Positions 8,024 through 18,346 of a DNA stretch of 47,040 bases are shown one piece after another. Each line of letters opens with the position of its first letter. Position 1 is the first letter of the stretch. This stretch comes from a virus (taxonomy: Duplodnaviria > Caudoviricetes). The notes beneath the pieces were generated by a model. The model saw nothing but the letters and a program-made list of their open reading frames with translations. It was not told the origin of the DNA and ran no database searches. The stretch is from IMG/VR virus record IMGVR_UViG_3300034062_001837, positions 1 through 47,040 of that record; one strand, written 5' to 3'. The translations under genes and the position numbers were made by a program.

Positions 8024-9010
8024 TTAGGCGGCTTCAGCAAACTCGACGGCGAGGTCAAGTGCTTGGCGCTTACGAGTTGCTGCTGAACCAAACCACGCGC
8101 TTGTCAGACGCTTGTCTTGATCAGTTCCAGCGACGTGGTCGTAGTAGTACGTCACGGCGTTGAATGCGCCCCACCAGGTACCGGCCGATGTCTTCAGATC
8201 AGCGCCTGGTTGGGTGTGCACGAGGTCGAGCAGACGGTTGACCGTGCGTCCAAGATCTGCGCGATTGACTTCGCCAGACTCTGAATCAACCAGAGCGGCT
8301 TGGTATTGGGCGGGGTTGATCAAGTTGCTGAAGAACTCCATGACCTTCTGGTCGCTGGCGCGCTTCTTGGACAAGAACTCGGCCTGCTGCTTGAAGACGT
8401 CCAAGGACTTCATTGCAAGACCAACTTTTTCGGCTGCAGTCTGCTTAATCTCGTCGTCAAACGCGCGATCGTGCGACATGCGGAACGTGTTGTCTTTGTT
8501 CGTATTGTTCTGCAAGGCCGCCGTCAGCGTGTTGTTGCAGACTACGCGGATTGGCGTAAACAAGATCTGCAGGCTGCGGCCCCAGATGTGCGGATTGTCG
8601 AGCAAGATGTAGCCTTCGACTTCGTCTTTGCCGCCCAGCATGAAGCCGCCGTTGATCTTGGCAAGGCCCCAGACGCGCTTGCCTTCGCAAAGGGAGCCGG
8701 CGGTCTCCATCTTCATGTCGCCTGCCTTGCAGAACTTGTCAAAGAACTCGAAGACGTCGCTGTTCTGGGTGGGAGTGTATTCGTTGCCGCAGATGCCCAG
8801 AATCTTGCTGTCCGTATCGCGGACCAACGCGTAGTGACTGGTCAAGACGTGGTCAAGATCGTCGACGACCAAGGCCTTCTTACGAACTTTCCAGTCGAGG
8901 CCAGCGGCTTGCAGCATCTGGGCGGGGGTCAGGTTGTCAGCGACGGGGGTACCAAGGCCATGCCAAGGGGTCTCATTGGCATAAGCCATCGTTTCAACTT
9001 CGTGAGCCAT
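8024..9010 (-). CDS. DUF932-family phage/plasmid protein
   Basis: MAHEVETMAY..ETPWHGLG, AGLDW, ETAGSL..GKRVW, TPIRVVCNNTL, GTWWGAFNAVT are characteristic of the family. Confidence 0.85.
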   Translation of the reverse strand: MAHEVETMAYANETPWHGLGTPVADNLTPAQMLQAAGLDWKVRKKALVVDDLDHVLTSHYALVRDTDSKILGICGNEYTPTQNSDVFEFFDKFCKAGDMKMETAGSLCEGKRVWGLAKINGGFMLGGKDEVEGYILLDNPHIWGRSLQILFTPIRVVCNNTLTAALQNNTNKDNTFRMSHDRAFDDEIKQTAAEKVGLAMKSLDVFKQQAEFLSKKRASDQKVMEFFSNLINPAQYQAALVDSESGEVNRADLGRTVNRLLDLVHTQPGADLKTSAGTWWGAFNAVTYYYDHVAGTDQDKRLTSAWFGSAATRKRQALDLAVEFAEAA

Positions 9011-9067
9011 GATTTTCTCTCTTTCTTCTTTCTGTTTATGCAAGCAGGATTGCTGTGCATGAGTTGC

Positions 9068-9102
9068 ATTCTAGCGCGTAAAACCACGCAGCACGCGGTT
9101 TT
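9068..9102 (-). promoter_or_regulatory. putative -10 box (TAGAAT) with upstream palindromic operator
   Basis: TAGAAT on minus strand at 9073-9068; imperfect palindrome AAAACCACG-CAGCA-CGCGGTTTT at 9080-9102 over the -35 region. Confidence 0.4.
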
Positions 9103-9137
9103 TTGCAAATAATTGCTAGGACTTGTACCAGACGAGT

Positions 9138-9303
9138 CCAAAAACCCTATAGTGCAATTTTAGAGCCATAACAGAGTGTATTGGTACGGGAAACAACTAA
9201 AAGAGCTATCGTTCGCTCGATTTTCCTAAGTCTCCGCGAAGTCAAAATGGGTTGTATTGATACACTCTTTTTTGGCTAAAAATATCATCTATAGGGAATT
9301 TGG
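9138..9303. repeat. ~166-bp palindromic intergenic element, copy 1 (direct repeat of 46176-46342)
   Basis: Shared blocks ATAACAGAGTGTAT, CTATCGTTCGCTCG, GGTTGTATTGATACACTCT and CTAAAAATATCATCTATAG with near-identical spacing; CCCTATAG...CTATAGGG inverted ends. Confidence 0.9.
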
Positions 9304-9318
9304 TAGGAGACCCTCGGA

Positions 9319-12300
9319 TCAGCAGACTAGGCCACCATATCGATATTGCATTTCGGCGAGCTCTGGGGACCTTCTGGTGACAACCGGAGGTGTTCTTGCC
9401 TTCTTGGCCTTGCGTTTCTTCTTTACCCTGCCGCCTTTTGCAAAGCCTTCCGCGCCTGGTCTTTCCCTGTATTGGTCTGCAAGGGGCCTGAGGAATTCAA
9501 TCAGGTGGTGTTGGATGTTGCGGTTCCAGGGGTTGTCTTCTGCCATCAGCCCAAGCAGGTTTTCCCAAGTATCTGCTCCGCCACGCTCCAGGCTGGCGAT
9601 GTCCCTGTCTATTTGCTGAACCATTTCTGGGGGGTCCAGGTCTGAGTAAAGTGCCTCGTATAGACCTTCTAAAATTTGCTCAGCGGCAATCATCGAGTCG
9701 TTGTGCAGGCGCTCAAGTTCGCGAGCCGCAAATTCACGTACGTCTGGGTTCGCGCCAGCATGCGGACCTATTCTGTAGTTCCTGAGCATGTTAGTCATGG
9801 CGCTGATCGTGACGTTGTTTCCGTCAATGACGTTTTCGTTGAAGTATTGGTTGGCCAGAGCCCTAGCCTGGTCAAGGCCCCTTGGTTCCATGTTCTGTAT
9901 CAAGTCTTGCCTAGACATCACTTGAATGTCGCGTGCTACTGGCGTGAACTCGGCAATCTGAGCAGGCGGAGCGGGCAACTGGGCTTGCTGTCTTTCATTT
10001 CGAATGGCATCTCGGAGTTCATTTAGCAGGTCTCTGATCAGCCGAACGGCGCCAGTACGACTTGCTTCTTGTAAAGTTGCAAACCTACCTGCTCCGGTAA
10101 AGGCTTCATTCTGCAACTCAAAAGCCCTTTCAGCGGCCAAACGAAAAGCCATCTCTGCCAAATCAGGACCAACTGGCGCCCCATTCACCTCTGCCACGAT
10201 GTTTCTAATCATCGCGGGTGGAACGTCATATTGGCCAGCTAGATCGTAGACATCTTGACCAGCAAGTGGCAATCCTGCTCCCTGATTGGCAACAGCCGTC
10301 GGATCAGGTTCCCAGTCGCCCGCAACAAGATCAATCGCAGGCTCTGCTTGCGCTCTTGCTGGCGTTTGGTCAACAACGGCCACTTCGGTGCTCGGCAAGC
10401 TTTTAGCTGCGGCCTTAATATCGTCAACGGTGACAAACCTAGGAAGCCCTCCTGACAACTTTAGCTCGTTCATTATTTCGTCTGGAGACGCGTGCGGATT
10501 AGCTGACAAAACGCCCGCCTCTCGTGCGGCTCGCTTAAACTCGGCCGGGCTCGTACTGTCAAAGATGCCGGTGTTGTCGGAAAGATTTCCGCCCGTACTC
10601 ATGATCGAATCAGCTCGGCTGTTTAGGTAGTCTTTGATTGCGCCTGTATAGGCAGGAGCAACCGGGCCATTCTTGGCGCCTGATGCGTAGCCAATGCTAA
10701 ATTTTCCATCGCGAAGGGCGCTGCTCCGGCTTGTGGGTATTAGCTGGAGCGTCGCAGCCGGCAACCCGGTATTGACGTCGCGAACGCTGACAAGCTGCTG
10801 GCCGTTCTCCAAGTCTTTCACGTAGCTTGTGTCAGACTGGCCTCTGTCGGAACGCTGGCCAGTAATGGGATCAATGACTGGCTCATAGTACTGCTGCTTG
10901 CCGGTCAGGATGTTCTTGCGGCCTTGGGGAGCAGTTCCGCATTGGCCGACGCAATGGTCTAAGACCGCCGTGTCTGCGCTCATGTCTCGCATGGCCACGT
11001 CTCTTGGCGTGTTTTCGTCAAGCGTGATGATGGCCGCGTTGCCAAAGGTCTGAACGTTTTGGTCGGTGCGAAGACGTTCAAGCAGCGTGTTTTGAAGCGC
11101 CTCACGGTATTTTTGTTCTTGAAGTTTAGCGGCTTTTTCAGCCTCAATGCGCGAAAGGCCTTTTTCGCGCATGTAGTTTTCAATGGTCAGCTTAGACGTG
11201 TCGCCAGCGCGGCCCGTCAGGATGTCTTCAGCGAGTTGTTTGCCAAGCTTTTCAAAGCCCAGTTCTCTAAGGAGAGTCCTATTTGCCGTATAGAGCGTTT
11301 CGCCTTCTCCTGCCTTAGTCACGCTGGGAAAAAATTGTTGCTCGGTGAACGGGAGGTTTTTTAGCAACTGCTCCCTTGTTTTTGGATTGATGGCAAAGTC
11401 GCTGATGTTCTCAACGTTAGAAGCCAACCTGATATTTTCAAGTTCGCCTTGAAGTTGCTCGCGTTGACGAAGCTTTTGACGCAAAGGGTTTGTGGTCTCT
11501 GCGTATCCAGGGATTGACGCGGGGTCAATGCCTTGAGCCTGGGCCTGCTCGAATAAAGGCCTACGGACGTCTTCAAGATTTTGAATCTCTGTGTTGAGCT
11601 GGTCAAGTTCGCCTGTCTTGGCTTGGCGCTCTTCATAAAAGCTGCCCATTGCAGGAAACCCGGCCTCAATACGTTTTTGAGCAAGTCGGTTTGTGTCTGC
11701 AAATTGACCGGCCTCTGCAAGAACAGCCGGATCCTCAAGGGTAATGCCCTGGCGAGCAAGCTTAACAGTTGGATCGCCTTCAGCTCCAACATTCTTGCTG
11801 ATGAAAGTTGTGAACGGGCCCTTGAGGACACGCTCTGCTTCTGCCATTCGCTGCATGAACTCCGACGGCGTTGGAGTTGTTTCTCGATACTCGGGGACTA
11901 CGTTGGTAAGGAATTCTTCAACATCTGCCAGCTGCCGTCTGGCTCGCTCAGTTCTGTTGCTGTAGAGCACTTCATAGGCCCGTTGGGCGTCTACGGGAGT
12001 TGGCGCGTCGGGGAACATCTCCTGCGCCTTTAATTTGCGATAGTTGGTGATCGCCCTGTTAAAGTCCGAATCAGGCTGCAAGTAGCGATCCGCGTACTCA
12101 GAGGCCACCATCTCAGGCGGCATCTGGGCAGCCGGCGTGTCACCGTAGATATCGGAAACGATGTCATCGAGGGCGTTGTATTGGGATTCAGGTGCGTAGC
12201 CTTTGGCAGACTCAGGGACCCTCGGCTGAACAATGCGGGTTCCTTTGGGCCTTACTGCATACAGCTTGGTGTCAGGAGCCAGGGCTTGTGGAACCCCTGG

Positions 12301-13005
12301 AACTGTTGAAAGGCCTGCGGATCTGCGGCGATCAAGGGTATCACCAAGGGCATCTGCGGCCGCCTGCACTCTCACACCGAGGGTGTCTTCACCGTACAGA
12401 TTTTGACGCCTCAAACCAGACTGAGCTGCTTGGAAGTCTGCTGGAGTCTCACGAAGTTCTTTGGCCACTTGCCTGATTTGACCAGCTCCTACTCGGACAT
12501 CGGTTGGTGTTACAAGCGGCCTGCGGGGAGTATTGGGAACCACTGGCCATGCGTGCGGCACCTTAAGGGTATCCATGACCTTGCCAAGACCCTCTTGAAA
12601 GTTTTGGCCCGCCGGTGTCTGTGGAGAAATTGCTTCTCCATATCTGCGCATCAACTCGTCTGCCGATGGAGTCTTGACTTCTTGCTCGCCACGTGCGCGG
12701 CGATACAGATTGCCAGGCAAGGCATTCAAAGCCTGGACGCCAGCGCTGATGGGCGCAACAACAGGAAGAGCTGCCCCGCCGACTACGGTCCTGGCCATGT
12801 CCTGAAATGATCTTTGCATCATCAAAGGATTGGCTTGCGTAAGAACGGCAGCGGCCCTTTCGCGCAGGGACTTTGGTCTTTCAGGTTGAGAAGTAGAAAC
12901 CTGGCCCGGAATCCTGGAGGCCAAGTCAGGTTTGTTGTACTTCGCCTCTAAGGCTCCCAGGTCTTCATCAGATCCGTAAAAGACGCCTTGTGGATCGTAG
13001 GCCAT
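9319..13005 (-). CDS. large internal virion / ejection protein with putative PcfJ-like domain
   Basis: 1228 aa, last gene of the morphogenesis operon; LDHCVG...LVSVRD...P.ATLQL segment; C-terminal FAKGG motif. Confidence 0.65.
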   Translation of the reverse strand: MAYDPQGVFYGSDEDLGALEAKYNKPDLASRIPGQVSTSQPERPKSLRERAAAVLTQANPLMMQRSFQDMARTVVGGAALPVVAPISAGVQALNALPGNLYRRARGEQEVKTPSADELMRRYGEAISPQTPAGQNFQEGLGKVMDTLKVPHAWPVVPNTPRRPLVTPTDVRVGAGQIRQVAKELRETPADFQAAQSGLRRQNLYGEDTLGVRVQAAADALGDTLDRRRSAGLSTVPGVPQALAPDTKLYAVRPKGTRIVQPRVPESAKGYAPESQYNALDDIVSDIYGDTPAAQMPPEMVASEYADRYLQPDSDFNRAITNYRKLKAQEMFPDAPTPVDAQRAYEVLYSNRTERARRQLADVEEFLTNVVPEYRETTPTPSEFMQRMAEAERVLKGPFTTFISKNVGAEGDPTVKLARQGITLEDPAVLAEAGQFADTNRLAQKRIEAGFPAMGSFYEERQAKTGELDQLNTEIQNLEDVRRPLFEQAQAQGIDPASIPGYAETTNPLRQKLRQREQLQGELENIRLASNVENISDFAINPKTREQLLKNLPFTEQQFFPSVTKAGEGETLYTANRTLLRELGFEKLGKQLAEDILTGRAGDTSKLTIENYMREKGLSRIEAEKAAKLQEQKYREALQNTLLERLRTDQNVQTFGNAAIITLDENTPRDVAMRDMSADTAVLDHCVGQCGTAPQGRKNILTGKQQYYEPVIDPITGQRSDRGQSDTSYVKDLENGQQLVSVRDVNTGLPAATLQLIPTSRSSALRDGKFSIGYASGAKNGPVAPAYTGAIKDYLNSRADSIMSTGGNLSDNTGIFDSTSPAEFKRAAREAGVLSANPHASPDEIMNELKLSGGLPRFVTVDDIKAAAKSLPSTEVAVVDQTPARAQAEPAIDLVAGDWEPDPTAVANQGAGLPLAGQDVYDLAGQYDVPPAMIRNIVAEVNGAPVGPDLAEMAFRLAAERAFELQNEAFTGAGRFATLQEASRTGAVRLIRDLLNELRDAIRNERQQAQLPAPPAQIAEFTPVARDIQVMSRQDLIQNMEPRGLDQARALANQYFNENVIDGNNVTISAMTNMLRNYRIGPHAGANPDVREFAARELERLHNDSMIAAEQILEGLYEALYSDLDPPEMVQQIDRDIASLERGGADTWENLLGLMAEDNPWNRNIQHHLIEFLRPLADQYRERPGAEGFAKGGRVKKKRKAKKARTPPVVTRRSPELAEMQYRYGGLVC

Positions 13006-13008
13006 AGC

Positions 13009-16000
13009 TTATTCCTCTTTGCTGTATTTTTCCAAGAGCCTTTGGAGTTTGGCGCCATCGTCCTCGTCTTCATCTGCAGTAGCCTCTGATTCAGGTGCCT
13101 CTAAGCTAGTGCTGGGAGCAGCTGCTCCAACGGTACCCGAAGTTGTCCTAAGGCGGCGAGCAGAGACGTTCTTGTCTTCAAGGAACCTGGCGCTGCTTGC
13201 GCTCAGGCGGTCCAAGGTGTCTTGCATCTCCTGGGGCGTGCCTGATTTCAGCATCTTGGCCACTTCGCCAGCGGTCTTTTCATCGAGAGACGTGCGCGCC
13301 TGCAAGTATTTCAAGACGCGGCCAATGACAGAGCCTGGAGAACCCGTGGCCATGTCGACGGCCTCGCCTGCTACGTCAAAGATGCCGTTGCCGGCCTTGA
13401 GATCGGCCATGGCAGCAGTCTTGTTTGCAGTGCGACTTCCACGCACAATGTCCTGGGCCGTGCGGAACAGCTCAGCCTCACGCTGCAAAGCCGCCTCGAA
13501 GATCTTGTACTCATTGGGGTCCTGGAACAAGGCTTCCAAACGCTTGCGGGTTGCAGGGGCCCCGATGATTCGCTGGGCCGCGTTGATCTGCTGGGGAGCA
13601 TCCATGACTTTTGTCAGAAGCGATTGGGCAACACCGGCGCGCAAAGCATCTCGCTCGGCCTCAGACATGCCGTCAACCAGCTTTTTGGCGTCTGCAGGAA
13701 GCATCTTTGGAGACAAGTAGTCAGTGCGGCCCAAACGAAGTGCATCGAGCACTTCCATGTCGCCGGCATACTTGGCCCTTGCTGCAGCGTACTCAGGCAC
13801 ATTTTGGTCAATGACGCTGACAAATGCTCGCTTCAAGTCCTTGAGTGCGTTGGCTTCTGCCTTGGACATGCCTTCGCCTCTGTAGCCCTTGTCAATGATC
13901 GCGTCAATGCCGCGCTTGATGTAGTCAAGGGTGCGGACATCGGGGATCTTGCCGACGGTGATTAGATTGCCCTTGTCGTCGGTGTCGTAGATGTCGTTCA
14001 GCCTGAAGCGGCTTGCATCTTCTCCACGAAGTTCTGCCGCCCTTGCTTCTTTTCCGGCAATGGCCTGAGCTTCCCTGAACGCCTTCTTGAATGTGTCGTC
14101 TTCCAAGACTTTCAGAATGCGGGTGTCGTCCACAGACCCATGTGCGTAGGCTGTGTCGTAGAGGTTGTTGGCGTTTGAACGCAAGGTTCCGACCAACTTG
14201 TCTTCTTGGGCCGTGTAGTCAACACCCTTACCCACGTCTTGAAGGGCGCGGGCAGCAGCAGTTTCCCGACCGCTTTCCAGGCGCTCATTCAGTCCCTGAC
14301 CAAGAATCTTGCGGCCAGGTCCTGGGCGGGTTGCAACGGCTTCGCCAAGCGTGGCCAGAGATGGGCTTGCGTCCATGATTGTGGACTTGACGCGGAGATC
14401 AATGTCTTTATTCAGTCGGTCCGTAAGCATGCCGAGGTCCATCTCGTCCCTGCCCATAGCCTCAAGCACCTTGTTGGTTGCGCGTTGCTCTACGGCATTC
14501 GTGGATGGCCTAATCGCGTTCTTGACGGCCTTGACGCCTTGGCCTCCTAGCTGGATGCCTTTGGCAACCGTGGGGCCAAGGACAGCACCTGTTGCAGCAC
14601 CTGTTGCAGCTCCGCCAGTACGCTCGCCTTCGACAGCTGAACCGGCTCCTGCGACAGCTCCCGTTGTTGCTCCTGCTCCGGCTGCTCTGCCCATCGTGCC
14701 TGTCATGAACCTAGGCATGTATTGAGACAGCTTCTGGGCAGCTTGACCCATACGGACTGATCCAGCCACAGCACCAGGGGTGCCTGCTCCTGGAAGCATT
14801 GCCAGACCAATTGTGGGTACGACGCCCGAGACCAGCTCAGTGCCTAGCGCAGCAAAAGGGTATCTGTTTTGAAACTTCTCATAGGCTTCGCGTTCCTCAC
14901 GGACCACGTCTTCATAAGGACGACCTTCCATCTTGGCACGAACACGGGCAATTGCCTCGTCACCAAAGCCAAGGCCTAGGCCCTGACCAACAGCGCGGCC
15001 AAGGTTTGCCATTGAGAATTCGCCGCCGTCGGCCATGTTGACTAAGCCGCCGTCTGCGTATCCAATAAGCCCGCCGTTTGCATTTTCCTGAGGAGCGGAG
15101 CGGCTGCTGTACCCACCCTTGCGGATGCGATCCATCTTTTCCTGATTTGACCTAAGACGGCGAGAAGCAGCCTGCATAGCGCGAGTGTAGACTGCTTGGC
15201 GTTCCTTGTCGCCCATGCTGAGCGAGCCTTGGATGTCAAGCAAGATCTTCCGTTCGCCCTCGGTTGGAGCTCCACCAAAGATGGCCTTCAACTGCTCAAG
15301 GGCGTTTTGCATAACCAGTGTCTCGAGCTCGGTGGTGGCAGTAACGCCTTCCGATTTTCCAACGCCTGGGATGTTACGGGCAACAGTACGACGTGCTCCC
15401 GCCCCAAAACCAGAATAGGCCTTTGGACTCAATTCCTTCGCCTTTGCCAGACTCAAAAGAACTCCTCTGCTGGCGTTGACGATGTCTTCGGCCTCGAACA
15501 ATTCCTTTACCTCTTGGGCACTCAAGTTCATGCCCTTGCCTTCGCCGGTCAAGGCCTTGACGCGCTTCTGGTATTCAGGGGTGCCCGGTCGCAGACCTTC
15601 GTCCGCAGCGACTTTGCCAGCAGGAGATTGCGGCTTTCCATCATCCCGTTCCACCCTTTCGGCCGCAGGTATGTAGTTGAGCTTGGTCAGGCGCTGCCTA
15701 TATACAGCCTTGTCCGCCGCGGACACGTTGGGGTCGTTGATCTTTGCCAAGAGCTGATCAATCTCGCTAGCGGCCGCTGCCACAGGACCTTGCGGCACGT
15801 AGTTGAGCTTGGTCAGGCGCTGCCTATAGACGGCCTTATCAGCCTCGGACACTGCTGGATCGTTAATCTTTGCCAGGAGCTGATCAATCTCGTTAGTGGC
15901 GGGCGCTGCGCCTGGCGGGATGTAGTTGAGCTTGTCCAGTCGCTGCTTATAGACGGCCCTGTCCGCTTCAGACACGTTGGGGTCGTTCATCTTCGCGAGC

Positions 16001-16629
16001 AACTGCTCAATCTCATTGGGCCTAGCTGCGGCTGCCGCGCGAGTGGTCAGGAAAGTGACGCGAGCTTGCGCATTCTTTTTGGCGCCCTCAGAAGCTTTTG
16101 GATCATCGATAACCTCTTGAAGCTTCTCAATCTCGGTCAACCGATCTCTAGGAGCAGAGCGAGCCAAGGTGGTAAGAGCACTGATCTGAGCCCTTTGGCC
16201 CTCGCCCTTAACGTCAGACGCAGCCATCTGGTACTTGAGGTTCAGGTCCTCTAGTTCTTGACTAGCTTTACGGCGTTGCGCAAGAACTTCGCCAGTCGTC
16301 TCGGCAACGTTACCAAGCGTCTCACCAAAGCTACCAGTGCGAGTAGGCTTGCCTAGAGCGGCGGCCAAACGAAAAGCCATCTCTGCCGAATCAGGACCAG
16401 CTGACCGGGCCATGACCCGCTCACGCGCCTTATCCAACAAGGCTTGCTTATCAGTCGCCGCTTTTTCCGTGTTCTCAAGGTACTTTGTCAGCAGAGTTTG
16501 AAGCTGCCCAGTGTAAGGATTGGCAGCGCCTCGTGACGAGGAAAAGCCAAGGGTCTGCGCCCCACTGGTCTGGTCTTGTGAACCTGCTTCCAGTGTACCG
16601 GTATCTTCGTCGTCATCGATCAATGGCAT
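13009..16629 (-). CDS. large internal virion / DNA ejection protein
   Basis: 1206 aa, helical, with a Gly/Ala-rich hydrophobic segment, three internal repeats and a triple AxGG motif; sits among other large tail-distal genes. Confidence 0.7.
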   Translation of the reverse strand: MPLIDDDEDTGTLEAGSQDQTSGAQTLGFSSSRGAANPYTGQLQTLLTKYLENTEKAATDKQALLDKARERVMARSAGPDSAEMAFRLAAALGKPTRTGSFGETLGNVAETTGEVLAQRRKASQELEDLNLKYQMAASDVKGEGQRAQISALTTLARSAPRDRLTEIEKLQEVIDDPKASEGAKKNAQARVTFLTTRAAAAARPNEIEQLLAKMNDPNVSEADRAVYKQRLDKLNYIPPGAAPATNEIDQLLAKINDPAVSEADKAVYRQRLTKLNYVPQGPVAAAASEIDQLLAKINDPNVSAADKAVYRQRLTKLNYIPAAERVERDDGKPQSPAGKVAADEGLRPGTPEYQKRVKALTGEGKGMNLSAQEVKELFEAEDIVNASRGVLLSLAKAKELSPKAYSGFGAGARRTVARNIPGVGKSEGVTATTELETLVMQNALEQLKAIFGGAPTEGERKILLDIQGSLSMGDKERQAVYTRAMQAASRRLRSNQEKMDRIRKGGYSSRSAPQENANGGLIGYADGGLVNMADGGEFSMANLGRAVGQGLGLGFGDEAIARVRAKMEGRPYEDVVREEREAYEKFQNRYPFAALGTELVSGVVPTIGLAMLPGAGTPGAVAGSVRMGQAAQKLSQYMPRFMTGTMGRAAGAGATTGAVAGAGSAVEGERTGGAATGAATGAVLGPTVAKGIQLGGQGVKAVKNAIRPSTNAVEQRATNKVLEAMGRDEMDLGMLTDRLNKDIDLRVKSTIMDASPSLATLGEAVATRPGPGRKILGQGLNERLESGRETAAARALQDVGKGVDYTAQEDKLVGTLRSNANNLYDTAYAHGSVDDTRILKVLEDDTFKKAFREAQAIAGKEARAAELRGEDASRFRLNDIYDTDDKGNLITVGKIPDVRTLDYIKRGIDAIIDKGYRGEGMSKAEANALKDLKRAFVSVIDQNVPEYAAARAKYAGDMEVLDALRLGRTDYLSPKMLPADAKKLVDGMSEAERDALRAGVAQSLLTKVMDAPQQINAAQRIIGAPATRKRLEALFQDPNEYKIFEAALQREAELFRTAQDIVRGSRTANKTAAMADLKAGNGIFDVAGEAVDMATGSPGSVIGRVLKYLQARTSLDEKTAGEVAKMLKSGTPQEMQDTLDRLSASSARFLEDKNVSARRLRTTSGTVGAAAPSTSLEAPESEATADEDEDDGAKLQRLLEKYSKEE
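15667..16017 (-). repeat. three tandem 123-126 bp coding repeats (EIDQLLAKINDPxVSxADKAVYRQRLTKLNYxP)
   Basis: GTAGTTGAGCTTG recurs at 15673, 15799 and 15922. Confidence 0.9.
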
Positions 16630-16638
16630 GTTTTATCC

Positions 16639-18345
16639 TTATGGCTTTCCAAACATTCTGCTAAGGCCGTATCCAGAAGCCAATGCAGAGCCAAATTGCG
16701 ACAACGGCGATGGCTGATATACGCTGGCTGGTCCGGTAGAAGCTGTGCTTGTCGAGGTTGGCACGGTCAGGCCGCGAACAGAGGCGTTCAGGAAAGCAAT
16801 GTTGTTGCGATCGTATTCGCGCTGGTTCAAGAAGTCTTGGTAGGCTTGATCGTAAGAGCGTTGAGTCTGTTGCTGCTGACCAGCTCCCGCAGCTTCCAGA
16901 GCGGCAATGTTCTGCATGCCCATCTGCTGGGTTTGCTGGCCGAGTGCGCCCATGGCTTGACCTGACGAAAGCAGACGCTGATAGTCCTGATTGGACAGTG
17001 CCCCCATTTGTTGGGCGGCCTGCAGGTTTTGGGTACCGGCGGCTCCTGCCAAGTTGCCTTGCATCTGACCAAGAGCTCCCATCTGGGCGCCAGCTTGGCC
17101 GTACCTGGCAAGGTCCGCGCCTCTTAGGCCTGCGGCTGATTGACCCATTGCCGCCTGTTGACCTGCACCCGCCAGCATACGCTGGTAGTCTGCAGCGGTT
17201 AAGCCCGCCTGTGCTTGTCCAAGCGCCGCTGATTGTTGGCCAGCGGCCAAGAGTCGCTGCTGGTCAGCCGACGAAAGGCCCGCCATGCTTTGACCAATTT
17301 GCGCTTGCTGGCCGGACGCCGCCAGCATGCGTTGATAGTCTGCAGCAGACATACCAGCCGCCTGTTGACCAAAGCCTGCCCGCTGTTGTGCAGCTTGCAA
17401 CTGACGTGCACGATCGGCCTGGAGTTGCTGACCGGCTTGCGTGTAGCCAGATTGCAAGGCTTGTGCCTGTTGGGCCAGGGTGGATTCTTGGGTGTCACGC
17501 AAAGCGCGGCCAATGGCTTCACCGCTACGGCTACCGCCAAACGTACCAGAGGCAATTGCACGGTCACTGATCTGAGGCAGCAGGTTTTCCTTCAGGTTGC
17601 GGCCCGCCAACTCACCGATACGGTTGACCACTTGCTCCTGATAGGGGTTCATGTAGTCTTGGATGCCACCCAAACCAGTCTGGGCGCCTTGGCCCGACAG
17701 TTGCGAAGCTTGCTGCATGTAAGGATCTGCCAGAGCCGCCGTATTTGCGGACCCTGCCAAGTTGGTTCCAAGGGCAGCTTGCTGCAAGTAGGGCGTTGCC
17801 AAACCAGCAGTTCCAGCAGCTCCTTGCTGCGTGTACTGGTTGGCTTGATTGAAATACGGGGTTGCTTGGCTTGCAGCCGACTGCATGGCCTGATTGGTTA
17901 GCTGGTTGGCTTGATTGAAATACGGTTGAGCCAAGGAGCTTGTGTCGCCGTAGCTTTGGCCAATCAAGTTGCTCGCTTGGCCGATGGCGCCAGCTGCCGC
18001 AGTTGCAGGGTTGTACTGCAGAGCTTGGTTGATGTATGGCTGCGCAGCATTGACAGAGCTACCAGCTCCTGCGTTGTAGATTGCCGCCCTTGACTGGTCC
18101 AGCAGGGGTTGGTACTGGCTAGACAAGTTTGCCGTGTTCTCGTAGGCTCTGTTTTGAAGTGGATCAAAACCAGCGATCCTGGCCTGGGTGTACGGCTGAT
18201 AAGGCTCGGCAGCAATGGCGTTGGCCCTGCTGATCAAGCCTTGGGTGTAGTCAGAATACCAGGCCGGAACGTTAGAGGTTGTCTCACCATACGTCGTGAC
18301 GGACGGTGGTGGATTTCCCTGGAACAAAAAGTCCAGAACTCCCAT
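16639..18345 (-). CDS. Gln/Ala/Gly-rich internal virion (ejection/pilot) protein
   Basis: 568 aa with ~22-aa helical repeats (DxQRxLAAxQQxAxLGQ), GTFGGSR motif and a hydrophobic C-terminus, typical of podovirus ejection proteins. Confidence 0.7.
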   Translation of the reverse strand: MGVLDFLFQGNPPPSVTTYGETTSNVPAWYSDYTQGLISRANAIAAEPYQPYTQARIAGFDPLQNRAYENTANLSSQYQPLLDQSRAAIYNAGAGSSVNAAQPYINQALQYNPATAAAGAIGQASNLIGQSYGDTSSLAQPYFNQANQLTNQAMQSAASQATPYFNQANQYTQQGAAGTAGLATPYLQQAALGTNLAGSANTAALADPYMQQASQLSGQGAQTGLGGIQDYMNPYQEQVVNRIGELAGRNLKENLLPQISDRAIASGTFGGSRSGEAIGRALRDTQESTLAQQAQALQSGYTQAGQQLQADRARQLQAAQQRAGFGQQAAGMSAADYQRMLAASGQQAQIGQSMAGLSSADQQRLLAAGQQSAALGQAQAGLTAADYQRMLAGAGQQAAMGQSAAGLRGADLARYGQAGAQMGALGQMQGNLAGAAGTQNLQAAQQMGALSNQDYQRLLSSGQAMGALGQQTQQMGMQNIAALEAAGAGQQQQTQRSYDQAYQDFLNQREYDRNNIAFLNASVRGLTVPTSTSTASTGPASVYQPSPLSQFGSALASGYGLSRMFGKP

Positions 18346-18346
18346 A

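Noticed and set aside
9138-9303. Repeat element as CRISPR array, tRNA or IS/MITE
   Set aside because: No repeat-spacer periodicity, no cloverleaf, no transposase and no evident target-site duplication.
8160-17901. Plus-strand ORFs 8300-9112, 13019-13720, 15196-16254, 16749-17570 and 17233-17901
   Set aside because: They are antisense to well-supported minus-strand genes and have no recognisable domains.
16639-18345. Tape measure protein call for the Gln/Ala-rich repeat protein
   Set aside because: No tail tube, tail chaperone or baseplate genes are present; the context fits a podovirus ejection protein.
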